The notes: generated by a model not told the origin, from the sequence alone. A stretch of DNA of 64,000 nucleotides from a virus (IMGVR_UViG_3300036790_000386:1-64000); one strand, 5' to 3'. Positions 25,947 through 36,500 are shown, numbered from the stretch's first letter. Made by a program: numbers and translations.

Positions 25947-28709
25947 TTATTCTGGATTATTTTCATCATTTATATTGTTAGGGCGTGCCCATAAAATAGA
26001 TTTATAGACTGCTCCACGAATCCAGCCTAAAGTGTTGAAAGTTAAACGAAAAATTTTGAAAGTAGTAGATATAGTTTGAGCAGACACAATTGAAACAGCT
26101 ATAATTACAAAGCCACTGAATGCTGTGATTGATTTAATAAATTGATTAGATTGTGTTGTAACAAAGTTTATTGTTGATTTAGAAGTGATCACTAAAATAG
26201 ATTTTGGTGAAATTAAAGTGCTAAGACTTTTATTTAAAGTAAATTGAATATTGATACTGGAGTTTAGGATTGTAGATGCAATAATTGAAATAGCAGAACT
26301 GACAGTAATTGCGTTAACTATCTCAGAGGATAAGATTTTAATAGATTTAAAAGCATTTATAAGAAAATTAACAGATTGAGTAGAGATTATTGAAATAAAA
26401 GTTGTAATTGTTTTTCTAATTTTAACAGATTCTGTTGAAGCAGTAGAGATATTTTTAAGAACTTGTTTTATAAGATTAATAAATTTAGAAGAAGTTATAT
26501 TGATTGATAAAAGAATTACTTTTATTTGAATAGAAGTAATAGATTCTGCGCTAAAAATTTTAATAGATTTAACAATTTGTTTAAGAGTTGAAATTGACTT
26601 AGTGGTAATAATTGAAATATATTTTAATAGAGCTTTTATTAAATTAATAACTTGTAAATTAGATACAAAAATAAGTTTGTGAATTTGCTTGATTAGGTTA
26701 ATAATTTGAGCATCAGTGACAGATGCAGATTGTTGATAAAGATAACCCATTTGAGTTGCAATTGCAATTGCAGTTTCGGAAGAAGTTATAAAGATATATT
26801 TTGAAATTTGTTTTATAGTAGTTATAGTTTGAGTATTTGTATTAGATATTTTTTTACTAATTGCTTTTAATAGATTAATAACTTGAGCATCTATAATAGA
26901 AATATGTTTGGAAATAAGTTTAATCAGATTTATAGTTTGTGTATCTATAGTTGAAATTTGTTTAAAAATTTGTTTGATAAGATTGACTGTTTCAAAGTTT
27001 GTGATCGATTCTAATTGATGATAAATGTAGCCAAGTGCAGTTTCAATAGCATTAACAATATTTGAATTGGAGACAGAGATGCGTTTGCTAATAATTCTGA
27101 TGATGTTGCTGACTTGGGAATTTCCAACAAATATTAATTTAGCCAGCAGCTTGATTGCATTTATTGTTGTTGAATTTGTGACTGAAACAGATTGATTATA
27201 AACAAAACCAGTAATATTTTCAATAGTTTCAGTAGTATTTGTGTTGATGAAAGAAATATATTTATGAACAGTTTTGATAATATTTATGATTTGTGTATTG
27301 GCTATTGAAGTAATATGAGATATTAAACGAATAGAACTAATTGATTCAGCAGTAATAATATTGATATTTTTGTGCATTTGTTTTGTTAAACTAATTGATT
27401 TAGTATTTGAGATGTTGAAAGTCTTATTTGTTTGTTTTATAATTGAAATAGATTCAGAATTTGTAGTATAGATGCGTTTAAGAATTTGTTTGAATAGATT
27501 AATGGATTTTGTATCAAAGATTGAAATTAATTTATGAATTGCTTTTGTAAGATTTATACTTTCAACATCTGCAATTGAAACTGATTGATTGTGTTGAGTT
27601 CCTGACCGAGTTACAGTAGTTGCAACAGAAACTTTTTCTGGATTTGATTGTAGAGTATTATAGTCACCAGCAACTGGAGTAAAAGCTATAGGTGTAAAAG
27701 CTACAGACGCTGCATCAGATATTGTATATGTATTTGCGCCTATTTGAGTTGATATAGAAAGACTGTATTGATTACTGGGAATGGTGTAAGTGAGGACAAT
27801 GATGCCTTGGCCGCCCTGACCGCCAGTCCCGGAGACTGCAACAGTATCGCCACCGGCACCGCCACCGCCACCGCCATATTGGCCGCCGTTGCCGCCATTA
27901 ATATTTGTGCCGGTTGCTTCGGGAGCGTAGCAGCTACCAGCCCCACCACCACCCGAGCCTGCCGTAGCGCCTTCGGTGCTGGCCCATTCAGCACCCGCGC
28001 CGCCGTTACCGGCTGTACCCATATCGCCAGTTGAGGACGGGACGTATGGACCGCCGCCGCCGGCACCGGCCCCGCCATCTCCTCCATTTATGGATGTTGA
28101 AGTGCCACCAGCACCGCCTAGTGTTCCACTGTAACTATTTCCACCAGCGCCACCGATTGTGCTGCTGCCAGCGCCGCCTGCTGTGCCACCACCACCGCCA
28201 CCGCCACCACCACCAGGACCTGGATTAGCGCCGGCACCGGCGAAGCCTTCGCCGCCTGCACCGCCTATACCATTAGGGCCGCCAGCGCCTCCGCCACCGG
28301 AAGCAGCCGAAGCGCCGCTGGTTCCCCCTTGACCGCCAGCATAGGTAATCGTGCCGATCCCGCCCGTTCCACCTGTGCCTCCCGAGGGCTGACCGCCTCC
28401 GGCACTGACTGATGCGGACGACAGTGACGTGCCATTGAACCAAGAGTTGCCACCAGCTGTGCCGGGGAAATTTCCGCTTTCAGCAGCACCACCCGCACCA
28501 CCAGGGCCGACATTAAACGCGTAGGAATTTCCTGGAACAACAGTGACGACGCCATAGGAATACTCGCCACCGCCGCCGCCGCTTACCTGATAACTGTTAT
28601 CGCCGCCCGCGCCGCCGGCAAGCATGGCGACTTGAACAGAGGTCACACCAGATGGCGCAACCCACTCGCCCGCGCCGACAGTGGTTAGGAAAACTACAGC
28701 AGTTGCCAT
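25947..28709 (-). CDS. large fibre-like protein: Gly-rich domain plus ~19-aa Ile/Ser/Lys/Asn repeats
   Basis: W.APSGVTSV.V...AGGAGG...GGQGIIVLTY Gly-rich domain, then repeats such as ISIIDAQVINLLKAISKK. Confidence 0.7.
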   Translation of the reverse strand: MATAVVFLTTVGAGEWVAPSGVTSVQVAMLAGGAGGDNSYQVSGGGGGEYSYGVVTVVPGNSYAFNVGPGGAGGAAESGNFPGTAGGNSWFNGTSLSSASVSAGGGQPSGGTGGTGGIGTITYAGGQGGTSGASAASGGGGAGGPNGIGGAGGEGFAGAGANPGPGGGGGGGGGGTAGGAGSSTIGGAGGNSYSGTLGGAGGTSTSINGGDGGAGAGGGGPYVPSSTGDMGTAGNGGAGAEWASTEGATAGSGGGGAGSCYAPEATGTNINGGNGGQYGGGGGGAGGDTVAVSGTGGQGGQGIIVLTYTIPSNQYSLSISTQIGANTYTISDAASVAFTPIAFTPVAGDYNTLQSNPEKVSVATTVTRSGTQHNQSVSIADVESINLTKAIHKLISIFDTKSINLFKQILKRIYTTNSESISIIKQTNKTFNISNTKSISLTKQMHKNINIITAESISSIRLISHITSIANTQIINIIKTVHKYISFINTNTTETIENITGFVYNQSVSVTNSTTINAIKLLAKLIFVGNSQVSNIIRIISKRISVSNSNIVNAIETALGYIYHQLESITNFETVNLIKQIFKQISTIDTQTINLIKLISKHISIIDAQVINLLKAISKKISNTNTQTITTIKQISKYIFITSSETAIAIATQMGYLYQQSASVTDAQIINLIKQIHKLIFVSNLQVINLIKALLKYISIITTKSISTLKQIVKSIKIFSAESITSIQIKVILLSINITSSKFINLIKQVLKNISTASTESVKIRKTITTFISIISTQSVNFLINAFKSIKILSSEIVNAITVSSAISIIASTILNSSINIQFTLNKSLSTLISPKSILVITSKSTINFVTTQSNQFIKSITAFSGFVIIAVSIVSAQTISTTFKIFRLTFNTLGWIRGAVYKSILWARPNNINDENNPE

Positions 28710-28824
28710 AATGATCTTTCAGGACGGAGCGTGAAATGTCTGATGGCTGCGATACCGTAACAGAAGCAGTTCCAGTTGCGCTTGCAGTGGCAGCTGCTAC
28801 AGTCATTTAATGATCTTAAAAAGA

Positions 28825-29652
28825 TTAAGAAAGTTCAGCAAGAGTAACGCAAACACCACTTAAACCAACTTCTGAAGCAGTTGTGACAGATTCAGCTTGC
28901 AAGTCTACCCAATAAGTAGAACCTAAACTTAGACCAGCAATAATGCCTGAAATGGAAAAAGGTCTAAAAGTATCAGCTGCGGTAATAGCAACACCATGTT
29001 CATATTTGTGGGTTGGTCCGAATGTCGTACCTTGTAAAGTAGCTCCATTTGATGGAGCAGAGCCAGCAGCGTATGCAAGACGATATTGAATTCCATAGGT
29101 AGCGCTAGTACCAGCTACTGCAAAAATTGAACCATTTACAGTTGCAAGCAAATTTCCAGTTTTTACTGGAACAATTGTTGCAGATAAACCCTGCATAGTA
29201 AACGCAGAAGTGCTAGTGGGTTCAGTTGGATTTACAACAGAACCTTGATAAGTTGCTGCTGCAAGATTCATTGAAGGATCGATAACGCCGCTTGGGTTTA
29301 AAGCAGGGATTAAACCAGCGCTAGTTACACCTGAACTTACTTGAGTTGGACTTAGAATAGAAACTGTTACATTGCATTGGTTTCCTGTAAAACTTACAGC
29401 TGAGTTGTTATTTGAACTTTCAATAACAGAGCGAGTTAATGTACTTACAGTACCAGATGTAAATGCACCAATACCTGTTTCCCAGACGTTAGCAGCAGGA
29501 TCAAATAAAAGATATGGAGTTAGATTGCCACTTGTTATATTACCTTTAAAAATTTCACAGCCAGTTTGAGCTACTCCAGATAAAGTTACTGAAGCAGTGC
29601 CAGAAATTGTAGCTAATTCCCAAACTCTAGCTTTAAATTGTGTAGCTACCAT
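28825..29652 (-). CDS. putative fibre/structural protein
   Basis: RV.E..T..GT..VTLSG...WETGIG.....LTR.VIESSN N-terminus, seen in phage fibre-associated proteins. Confidence 0.55.
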   Translation of the reverse strand: MVATQFKARVWELATISGTASVTLSGVAQTGCEIFKGNITSGNLTPYLLFDPAANVWETGIGAFTSGTVSTLTRSVIESSNNNSAVSFTGNQCNVTVSILSPTQVSSGVTSAGLIPALNPSGVIDPSMNLAAATYQGSVVNPTEPTSTSAFTMQGLSATIVPVKTGNLLATVNGSIFAVAGTSATYGIQYRLAYAAGSAPSNGATLQGTTFGPTHKYEHGVAITAADTFRPFSISGIIAGLSLGSTYWVDLQAESVTTASEVGLSGVCVTLAELS

Positions 29653-29655
29653 TTG

Positions 29656-32600
29656 TTAATCTCTACCTTTAACAATAGCATTAAATACTGTGGTGTAAAT
29701 CCATCCCAGTTTATTAAATGTAAATGTAATAAAAGTTGTTGCAAGACTGATTGATTGATTAATGCCGTTTATTGAAATAGCTAATAATAGTGGAACTGTA
29801 TGATCTTTAGTTGTAGAAATAGATTGAGCATCTGAAACTGTAAATATTTCACGTCTAAATTTTGGAGCTTGAGCAGTGCTCAATTCTGTATCTGTGATTT
29901 TAATAATTTTAGATACATTTTTTACAATATTAATTTTTTGATTAAAAGAAAAAGATTCATAATAACTAAAAATTTTATTGATAAGTTTTATTACATGAAT
30001 TGATTGAGTGTTGATTGTTAGATTAATTGAAGAACGAATAATGTGAATAGATTTATTTATAATTTCTGTATTAAATATAGAGATAAGTTTATGAGCTATT
30101 TTTCTAGCAAGAGTAGAATTATATTGTGAAACTGTTAAGATTTTTTGAGCAGATTTAATAATAATAGCTTTATTGGAATTGAAAATATTAAAAGCTGTAG
30201 TATTATGATGAAAATTAGAAGTTTCTTTTATATTTTGTGTATTAACAATTTCTGTTATATTTTTTGGCCAGCGTTTAAAAATGGCGGCAGTAGAGTTAGA
30301 GATAATTTTAATTAGTTTGTTTGTTATAACATTAGAAAATTTAATAGCTTGTCTTTGAGTTACAGAAATAGAAAAAACATCACGTTTGGTTACATTATAA
30401 ATTCTTAGGATTTTTTGAGCATTAGAAACTGCAATTACGACAAGACGATGAACAACTGAATTAGCATTTCCTTTAACAAATTCTTGTGAACTAATGTTAA
30501 ATGTGCGATTATGTTTTGAACTTTTGATTATTTGAATAGATTCAGTAGAAGAAATCTGATATTTTTCAATATGAGTTTTAGTCTGAGAACTAGAAACAGA
30601 TGTAGTGTGAGTTACTACTGGAATTACATCTAAAATATTTTTTAAAATATTAGAGAATTCTTGATTTGTTATTATGAAATATGGAGCAATATGTCCAATC
30701 ATTTTTTGAACAGTTGAGGATGAAGCAATTGAGGAGAGGAGATGCGAAACTGTACTTGGGATTATAACTGTGATTGCTTGAGCTTCAGTAACTAAAAATT
30801 CTTGATTAAGATATTTACTAGAAACTATTTTGGTATTTTCAATATTTGAAATGTTAATTATATTTGTTTGTCCACTTAAAACATGAGTAGCTTGAATATC
30901 AGAAATAGAGAAAATTAACCAAGGAAAAGTTTTTAAAGCTCTGACAAAAGATGCTACATAAAGTGATATTGGGTATTTGACTGATTTTACAGCTAAAGTT
31001 GTATCAGATGATATTAAATTTATGTGTTTAGTTAAATTCGTAAAGAATTTAATAGATTGTATATCAGATATGTAATCTATATTGCTGCGAATAATATGCT
31101 TTGAAGTAAAAGCAACAGTTTCTGTATTAGATGCACTTATAGATTGGTTATATTGCGTACCTGAATTAATATAAGCAATAACAATAATGCCTTGAGCACC
31201 AGCACCACCTACGCCATAGTAGCTTAAACTACCACTAGCTCCCGCGCCACCACCACCATATAGACCACCAGCGCCACCTTCGCCTCCGCCAGATACTGTG
31301 CCAGGCTCATAATAGAAACCACCGCCGCCACCACCGCCAGACCCAACAGCCCCACCAAAGCAATCTACACCATTACCGCCTGCGCCACCGTTTGGAAATT
31401 CAGTATTTGTTTGTGGATTATAAGTGCCACCACCACCTGCGCCTGCGCTGCCAGTGCCTCCATTTTGTGAACCACTAGTGCCACCTATGCCACCAGCAGC
31501 ATCTAAAACACTAATACCACCAGGAGCGCCTATTGAACTATTTGCGTAGATACCTGGTTGACCGCCGCCACCACCGCCGCCGCCTGTACCACCGTAACCA
31601 TTAGTACCAGCTGGAGGTGAACCAGTGCCACCAATACCAAAGGGACCGCCAGCGCCCCCACCACTAGCTGCAACAGCATTAGCACCGACAGCACCATTAC
31701 CACCAGCGTATGTGATACTGCCAATGCCGTTATTACCGCCAGACCCGCCAGATGGTTGACCTCCACCAGCGCTTACAGATGCTGCTGAAATTGAAGTTCC
31801 ATTGAACCAAGAATTGCCTCCAGCAGTTCCTTCCCCATCTACTCCAACAGTTCCTGCCCCACCTGTACCGCCTATTCCTATTTCATAAGGAATTGAACCG
31901 CTTAATAAGAGATTACTACTAGAGCTAAATTGTCCGCCACCACCGCTGGTTCCGTAGTAAGTATTACCACCACCACCACCACCAGCTATAACTTGAATAA
32001 CATTTTGATTACTAAAGTTGGCAGGAACTGTCCAAGATAAATCTAAATTTGTTGAACTTAAAGTAACAACAGTTAAATTATCACCAGAATATGGAACTAA
32101 AGCAATTGTTGCTGTAACCCAATTAACAGCTGAATTTGAAAGCGTTGCTGTAATTGATCCAGTTGCTTCTGCAAGTGGCTGAAAACCAGCAGCAACATAA
32201 ATACTACTTTCGCCAGATCCGCCAAGCTGGTAAGCTTCTTGTTTATAGCCAGTTGTCCAATTAGAAGCAGTTACAGAACCTGACCCAAGAGCAGCACAGA
32301 CGAGAACTATCTCATTTGGATTTCTTGTGGTTACGGATGAGCCAGTTAAGGTTGTTGAGGTTGTCCCTGTATTAGTTGCTGTTACATCGATAGTGCCGCC
32401 AGCGTAGACTTGGCTGTATTCACAAATTACAACTGCTGCTTCAGTTGAACCTAATGTAACAAAAGTATAACTTGCAGGACCAGCAGCTGATAAAACTAAA
32501 TATTGCACTGACATAGAAATGGCAGTAGCGCCTGACCCAGAAGTAGCACTTGTAATTTGTGTCCAGCCTAATAGAGTTGCTGGAATTGTATTGGTGCCAT

Positions 32601-32712
32601 AAGATGATACAGTTGCAATAAGCAAGCTACCTGAATACCAACCTGCTGCTGGAGCAGATACGATAACAGAAGTAGTGCCAGTCGCGCTTTCAACTGTAGA
32701 TGCTATAGTCAT
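29656..32712 (-). CDS. large fibre-like protein, paralog of 25947..28709
   Basis: Beta-rich N-domain, Gly-rich domain ending GAQGIIVIAY, Ile/Ser-rich repeats, shared C-terminus TFN.LGWI. Confidence 0.7.
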   Translation of the reverse strand: MTIASTVESATGTTSVIVSAPAAGWYSGSLLIATVSSYGTNTIPATLLGWTQITSATSGSGATAISMSVQYLVLSAAGPASYTFVTLGSTEAAVVICEYSQVYAGGTIDVTATNTGTTSTTLTGSSVTTRNPNEIVLVCAALGSGSVTASNWTTGYKQEAYQLGGSGESSIYVAAGFQPLAEATGSITATLSNSAVNWVTATIALVPYSGDNLTVVTLSSTNLDLSWTVPANFSNQNVIQVIAGGGGGGNTYYGTSGGGGQFSSSSNLLLSGSIPYEIGIGGTGGAGTVGVDGEGTAGGNSWFNGTSISAASVSAGGGQPSGGSGGNNGIGSITYAGGNGAVGANAVAASGGGAGGPFGIGGTGSPPAGTNGYGGTGGGGGGGGQPGIYANSSIGAPGGISVLDAAGGIGGTSGSQNGGTGSAGAGGGGTYNPQTNTEFPNGGAGGNGVDCFGGAVGSGGGGGGGFYYEPGTVSGGGEGGAGGLYGGGGAGASGSLSYYGVGGAGAQGIIVIAYINSGTQYNQSISASNTETVAFTSKHIIRSNIDYISDIQSIKFFTNLTKHINLISSDTTLAVKSVKYPISLYVASFVRALKTFPWLIFSISDIQATHVLSGQTNIINISNIENTKIVSSKYLNQEFLVTEAQAITVIIPSTVSHLLSSIASSSTVQKMIGHIAPYFIITNQEFSNILKNILDVIPVVTHTTSVSSSQTKTHIEKYQISSTESIQIIKSSKHNRTFNISSQEFVKGNANSVVHRLVVIAVSNAQKILRIYNVTKRDVFSISVTQRQAIKFSNVITNKLIKIISNSTAAIFKRWPKNITEIVNTQNIKETSNFHHNTTAFNIFNSNKAIIIKSAQKILTVSQYNSTLARKIAHKLISIFNTEIINKSIHIIRSSINLTINTQSIHVIKLINKIFSYYESFSFNQKINIVKNVSKIIKITDTELSTAQAPKFRREIFTVSDAQSISTTKDHTVPLLLAISINGINQSISLATTFITFTFNKLGWIYTTVFNAIVKGRD

Positions 32713-32781
32713 TTAAAACCTTAAGCACAAAATTTCCTGTGCCACAGAGTATGGCACAGGATAAAATAAAACAGATTTGAA

Positions 32782-33495
32782 TTAAGTCAGAGTATCGGTG
32801 ATCGTAAAAGCAATCGAATCATTCACATTCAAAGCAATGCCAGCAAAGTCAGCATGAACAAACATATTGCCACCATAGCTTTCAACAAGAGAGCCTGCAA
32901 TAGTTTGCCCTGTTGTTAGAGATGTTGCACTTACACCATTAGTTCCATCACCGCCAATAGTAACTGCTGTGCCAGAAATCCAAGCAGAAGCAGCAGTTGC
33001 AGAACTAAGTTGAGCCCGAGAGATTGTGAAGGTCAAACTGGAGGCGCCTGTGACAAGAATAGTTTCCAGTCCAACTTGAGCATAATAATTAGCAGTCGAT
33101 GGTCCAATTTGTGCAGCTAGTGTCATTGTAGTTGCACCAGAAGCGAGAGAAGCTGCCAATGTTGAAGTATTACTGAGAGTTGTTCCATCAAAAAGACCAA
33201 CTTCAGTAATTGTTTTGGAAGCTGTTGCGCAGGTGATGGTTCCGATAACGCGGAATGTATCGCCAAGGGCTGTTGAAGTAATAAGTGCTGGAGTACCAGC
33301 TGTGCGTGCTTCAGTTGCAGGACCAAACAAATTGATATTAGAGTTGGCGCTACCTGTAACTGTAACGGTATTGTTGACTAAACCTGAACCAACACCCCAA
33401 CCAAGGTTTAGAGCAGTTGTTGCCGAAGCTGATTTAAGCATATTTTCCCAAAGAATTGTGCGACCAGAATAGGTCGCAACCGCAGAAACCGCCAT
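32782..33495 (-). CDS. collar/fibre-attachment-like structural protein
   Basis: LGWG.G...EAR...ITEVGLFD...G.MF.H.DF..I.L...DSI.FT. Confidence 0.55.
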   Translation of the reverse strand: MAVSAVATYSGRTILWENMLKSASATTALNLGWGVGSGLVNNTVTVTGSANSNINLFGPATEARTAGTPALITSTALGDTFRVIGTITCATASKTITEVGLFDGTTLSNTSTLAASLASGATTMTLAAQIGPSTANYYAQVGLETILVTGASSLTFTISRAQLSSATAASAWISGTAVTIGGDGTNGVSATSLTTGQTIAGSLVESYGGNMFVHADFAGIALNVNDSIAFTITDTLT

Positions 33496-33496
33496 T

Positions 33497-34849
33497 TTAA
33501 ATTCCCTTCTCGGTTAAAAGATAATTCAAATTTTTTCGGACTTCAACCATAACTGGAGTCCAATCTCCTAAAGTTTTTTGTCTGAAAAGTCTTGTCTTAG
33601 GATACCAAGGGGTTGTTTCCCCTTCTAAGCCCCAAATCCAATATGGATCTGCACAAAGAAGTGTCCAGCATGGAATCTGCAAGACTCCAGCAATATGTGC
33701 AATAGAGGTGCAAACAGTAATAACTAAGTCCATCTCTTGCATAGCAATAGCTGTGCCAACAAGTCCTTCTTTTTCAAGATCAGGAGCCAAGTCAGCACAA
33801 ATTACTCCAGCACTCATGCGCTTAAATTCGTTATAACCAGCCCCACATTGAAAATTATAAAGTTGAATTCGTGAATCTTCTGCTAGAGACAAAAGATTTT
33901 GGAGAGGCATACTTCTATCAGAATTTCTCAGCATTGCTGGATTACCTGTCCAAGCAATACCAACCTTTAATGAAGGCAAATCAGGCGTAGGAAGTCTGCA
34001 TTTAGTATTTTCATCATTTAGGCGTTCAATAAACCAACCTGGATCAGGAGGCAAAGTTTCAAGAGTTGCTCCAAATAGGCCAGGTAAAGATGCAATCCAA
34101 ACAAGATAGTCAATGTCTTTTGGAAAAGGAATGCCAGAAGGTAAAAGTGAAATACCGTGTTTGGTAAAACCCCAAAACAAATTAATTAGAGGTTCAGATA
34201 CAGCCATAGAAATTTTAGCAGTTGGGTATTTTTCCCTAAGAACAGCAACAAATCTTGAATGGAATAAACGATCTCCAATGCCTTGTTCGCATTGGACCAG
34301 AATATGCTTATCTGCTAAATCTTCGCCTTTCCAAAGTGGTGCTGGAAATTCAGGATAAAGAGCAGTGCCACGATGTTCAAAGCGACATTCATAGCCTTGA
34401 AGACCTACATCCCAATGACCAAACTTCATATGGCTAAGAGCTAAATCCCACTTTGCATCAATACCATCTTTAATAGTAAGTGATTTTTTAAGGCACTCAA
34501 CTGATTTCTCATAGTTACCCATAGTTCCATGAGAAACTCCCAAATTGCCCCAATAGGTGTGGTTAGTTGGATCCATTTCAGCTGCTTTAGTCATTAATTC
34601 AATACCTTTAGCATGGTCGCCTAAGCGAAAATACCAAAGGCCCAAATTAGCGGTAGGGTGTGCTAGATTTGGAGCAAGCTCAATTGCACGTTTATACATA
34701 ATAATAGCGGTGCGAAATTGATCTTGATCATCTTGCAAAGCTGAGGCTGCGTCGTTGAGTTTTTTAGCTTGTTCAAGTCTAAGTTCTTCGATAGTAGGTC
34801 CAGCTTCACCGGTTATATTACCGTCAATGACTAAAGTGTTATCTAGCAT
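33497..34849 (-). CDS. TPR-repeat glycosyltransferase family 9-like protein
   Basis: TPRs, then PLWKGEDL, EQGIGD, KVGIAWTGNP, DLVITVCTSIAHIAG, TPWYP..RLFRQ. Confidence 0.88.
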   Translation of the reverse strand: MLDNTLVIDGNITGEAGPTIEELRLEQAKKLNDAASALQDDQDQFRTAIIMYKRAIELAPNLAHPTANLGLWYFRLGDHAKGIELMTKAAEMDPTNHTYWGNLGVSHGTMGNYEKSVECLKKSLTIKDGIDAKWDLALSHMKFGHWDVGLQGYECRFEHRGTALYPEFPAPLWKGEDLADKHILVQCEQGIGDRLFHSRFVAVLREKYPTAKISMAVSEPLINLFWGFTKHGISLLPSGIPFPKDIDYLVWIASLPGLFGATLETLPPDPGWFIERLNDENTKCRLPTPDLPSLKVGIAWTGNPAMLRNSDRSMPLQNLLSLAEDSRIQLYNFQCGAGYNEFKRMSAGVICADLAPDLEKEGLVGTAIAMQEMDLVITVCTSIAHIAGVLQIPCWTLLCADPYWIWGLEGETTPWYPKTRLFRQKTLGDWTPVMVEVRKNLNYLLTEKGI

Positions 34850-34864
34850 AGGAACCCCAAAGGT

Positions 34865-35089
34865 TTAGAAAGAGAAAGTTACGAGTTGGCCTTTTGTAAA
34901 TTTAATTTTGGCTTCTTCAACTTCCGAAGGCTTCGAGAAACGAAGAATCATTGAACTATGACCATGAGATTGACAGGTCATTTCAACTTCCAATTCCTGA
35001 ATAATCACAGCTGTTTCCTCACCGCTGACAGTTGCTTTAACTGTTACAGGATTGGTTGAAATGCGGCCAACCTTCATTACGAATTCCAT
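34865..35089 (-). CDS. hypothetical protein
   Basis: AAGGA RBS before ATG 35089 (MEFVMKV...). Confidence 0.55.
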   Translation of the reverse strand: MEFVMKVGRISTNPVTVKATVSGEETAVIIQELEVEMTCQSHGHSSMILRFSKPSEVEEAKIKFTKGQLVTFSF

Positions 35090-35415
35090 TTTACAATTCC
35101 TTTCAAGAATTGAGCCAGTTTGAATTTCCACAGTTGTAAATTAGAGCCAAAAGTCCATTGATCCAGAAGAACTTTAGTAGGTTCTTTTTGCAAAATCTCT
35201 CGATTAAAATTACATTGAGGGCAAAATTTACCAACTGATTTTCCAATCAATGGGCTTCCAGCTGGCATACAAACCGTCCCCCATTTAGCAAATTTTTCAG
35301 ATTCTTCAACATAAAGTCCCGGAGCTTGGCAATAAAAACAGGCTCGAATAATATTTGCTTGAATAAGCTGGTGTCGAGTTGTAGGTTGAATAGAAGCAGA
35401 AGTAGAAGTAGACAT
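35077..35415 (-). CDS. Zn-binding hypothetical protein
   Basis: CFYC and CPQC. Confidence 0.55.
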   Translation of the reverse strand: MSTSTSASIQPTTRHQLIQANIIRACFYCQAPGLYVEESEKFAKWGTVCMPAGSPLIGKSVGKFCPQCNFNREILQKEPTKVLLDQWTFGSNLQLWKFKLAQFLKGIVKWNS

Positions 35416-35425
35416 AGAATTTTCC

Positions 35426-35797
35426 TTAATCAATAACCTGAAGAACTTGGTCTCCAGAGTCTACAATTGTTTGACGAGTTGATCGCTGAAGAATTATGCA
35501 ACCATCAGATGCTGTATGATTGCATTCTTGATTGTCGCCATGAATAAAAAAATCATCACGATTATACATTTGATTAGTAGGCCACGGAGTCAAAGGAAGT
35601 GCAAGAGGGCCAAGATTATCAACAGGAAATCGGGCTAAACCAATATAATAAACACCTACTGGAATTGGCCCTTCATTTTTAATATTTTGGTCATCTGGGT
35701 TATTAAAATCAGTTAGATTTCCAGAATAGCCTTTATCGACCTCAACATCGTTATCTTTTGTTAAAATCCCCGTCTTTATACTAAAAATCCAAGGCAT
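35426..35797 (-). CDS. DUF2778 / Tlde1-like L,D-transpeptidase-fold peptidoglycan enzyme
   Basis: GYSG..NNPD...GPIP.G.Y..., FFIHGDN....ASDGCII. Confidence 0.82.
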   Translation of the reverse strand: MPWIFSIKTGILTKDNDVEVDKGYSGNLTDFNNPDDQNIKNEGPIPVGVYYIGLARFPVDNLGPLALPLTPWPTNQMYNRDDFFIHGDNQECNHTASDGCIILQRSTRQTIVDSGDQVLQVID

Positions 35798-35809
35798 AAT
35801 AGAATTTCC

Positions 35810-36499
35810 TTAAGCTTCGATGAGATTCAAATCATAAACATCAAGGACAAAACCGTTATTGAAGAAACTACGATCAACTGGCTGCCACTGACCCCAAGTA
35901 GTAAGATTGTAAACTTCACCATCAAAGCCGTCAAAGCAACCGCAATGATAACCCCAAGAACCTACTGTACCAGCGCCGATCCAAAGTCTTTCATTTTGCT
36001 GTTGAGTAGCTAGGCCCATAACAGTCAAAACATAGCCCTTATCTTCAATAATTTTACGAATTCTATTTTCATCTTTAGGATTAATGGAAGTGGAACTTTG
36101 AAGTTTGTATCCAGCAATTGTATTATCTTCCCACCATACCAAGAACTGATTAATATCAGTACCATTGTCAGTAGAAGTATCACCAGAAACATAGCCAGTA
36201 ACAGCAGAATAAATCTGCAAAGCTAATTCATTTGGAATTGCTGTAAAAATACCTTTGCGTGCAAGTAGTGTTTGAATAACATTGCATGCGCCAGTTGGAA
36301 CACAATCACCAACAGTATCATTGAAACCTTGAACTCGTGGAGTATTAATGATACGCTCCCAAGCTGGAAGCAATTCTTCAAGAGTTAAAAGTTTTGGAGT
36401 AATTTCAAAAGAACGTTTTGGTGTTCTCTTTGCACCTAATTTCATTGCTGCTAACTGAGTAGGCAGAAACATCTCTACCATATTAAATGTTTCCTTCAA
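35810..36499 (-). CDS. papain-like cysteine peptidase (putative)
   Basis: NDTVGDC, DNGT, GYHC, TWG; start uncertain. Confidence 0.6.
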   Translation of the reverse strand: MKETFNMVEMFLPTQLAAMKLGAKRTPKRSFEITPKLLTLEELLPAWERIINTPRVQGFNDTVGDCVPTGACNVIQTLLARKGIFTAIPNELALQIYSAVTGYVSGDTSTDNGTDINQFLVWWEDNTIAGYKLQSSTSINPKDENRIRKIIEDKGYVLTVMGLATQQQNERLWIGAGTVGSWGYHCGCFDGFDGEVYNLTTWGQWQPVDRSFFNNGFVLDVYDLNLIEA

Positions 36500-36500
36500 T

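Noticed and set aside
25947-32712. Diversity-generating retroelement acting on the paralogous fibres
   Set aside because: No reverse transcriptase and no template/variable repeat pair differing only at adenines was seen.
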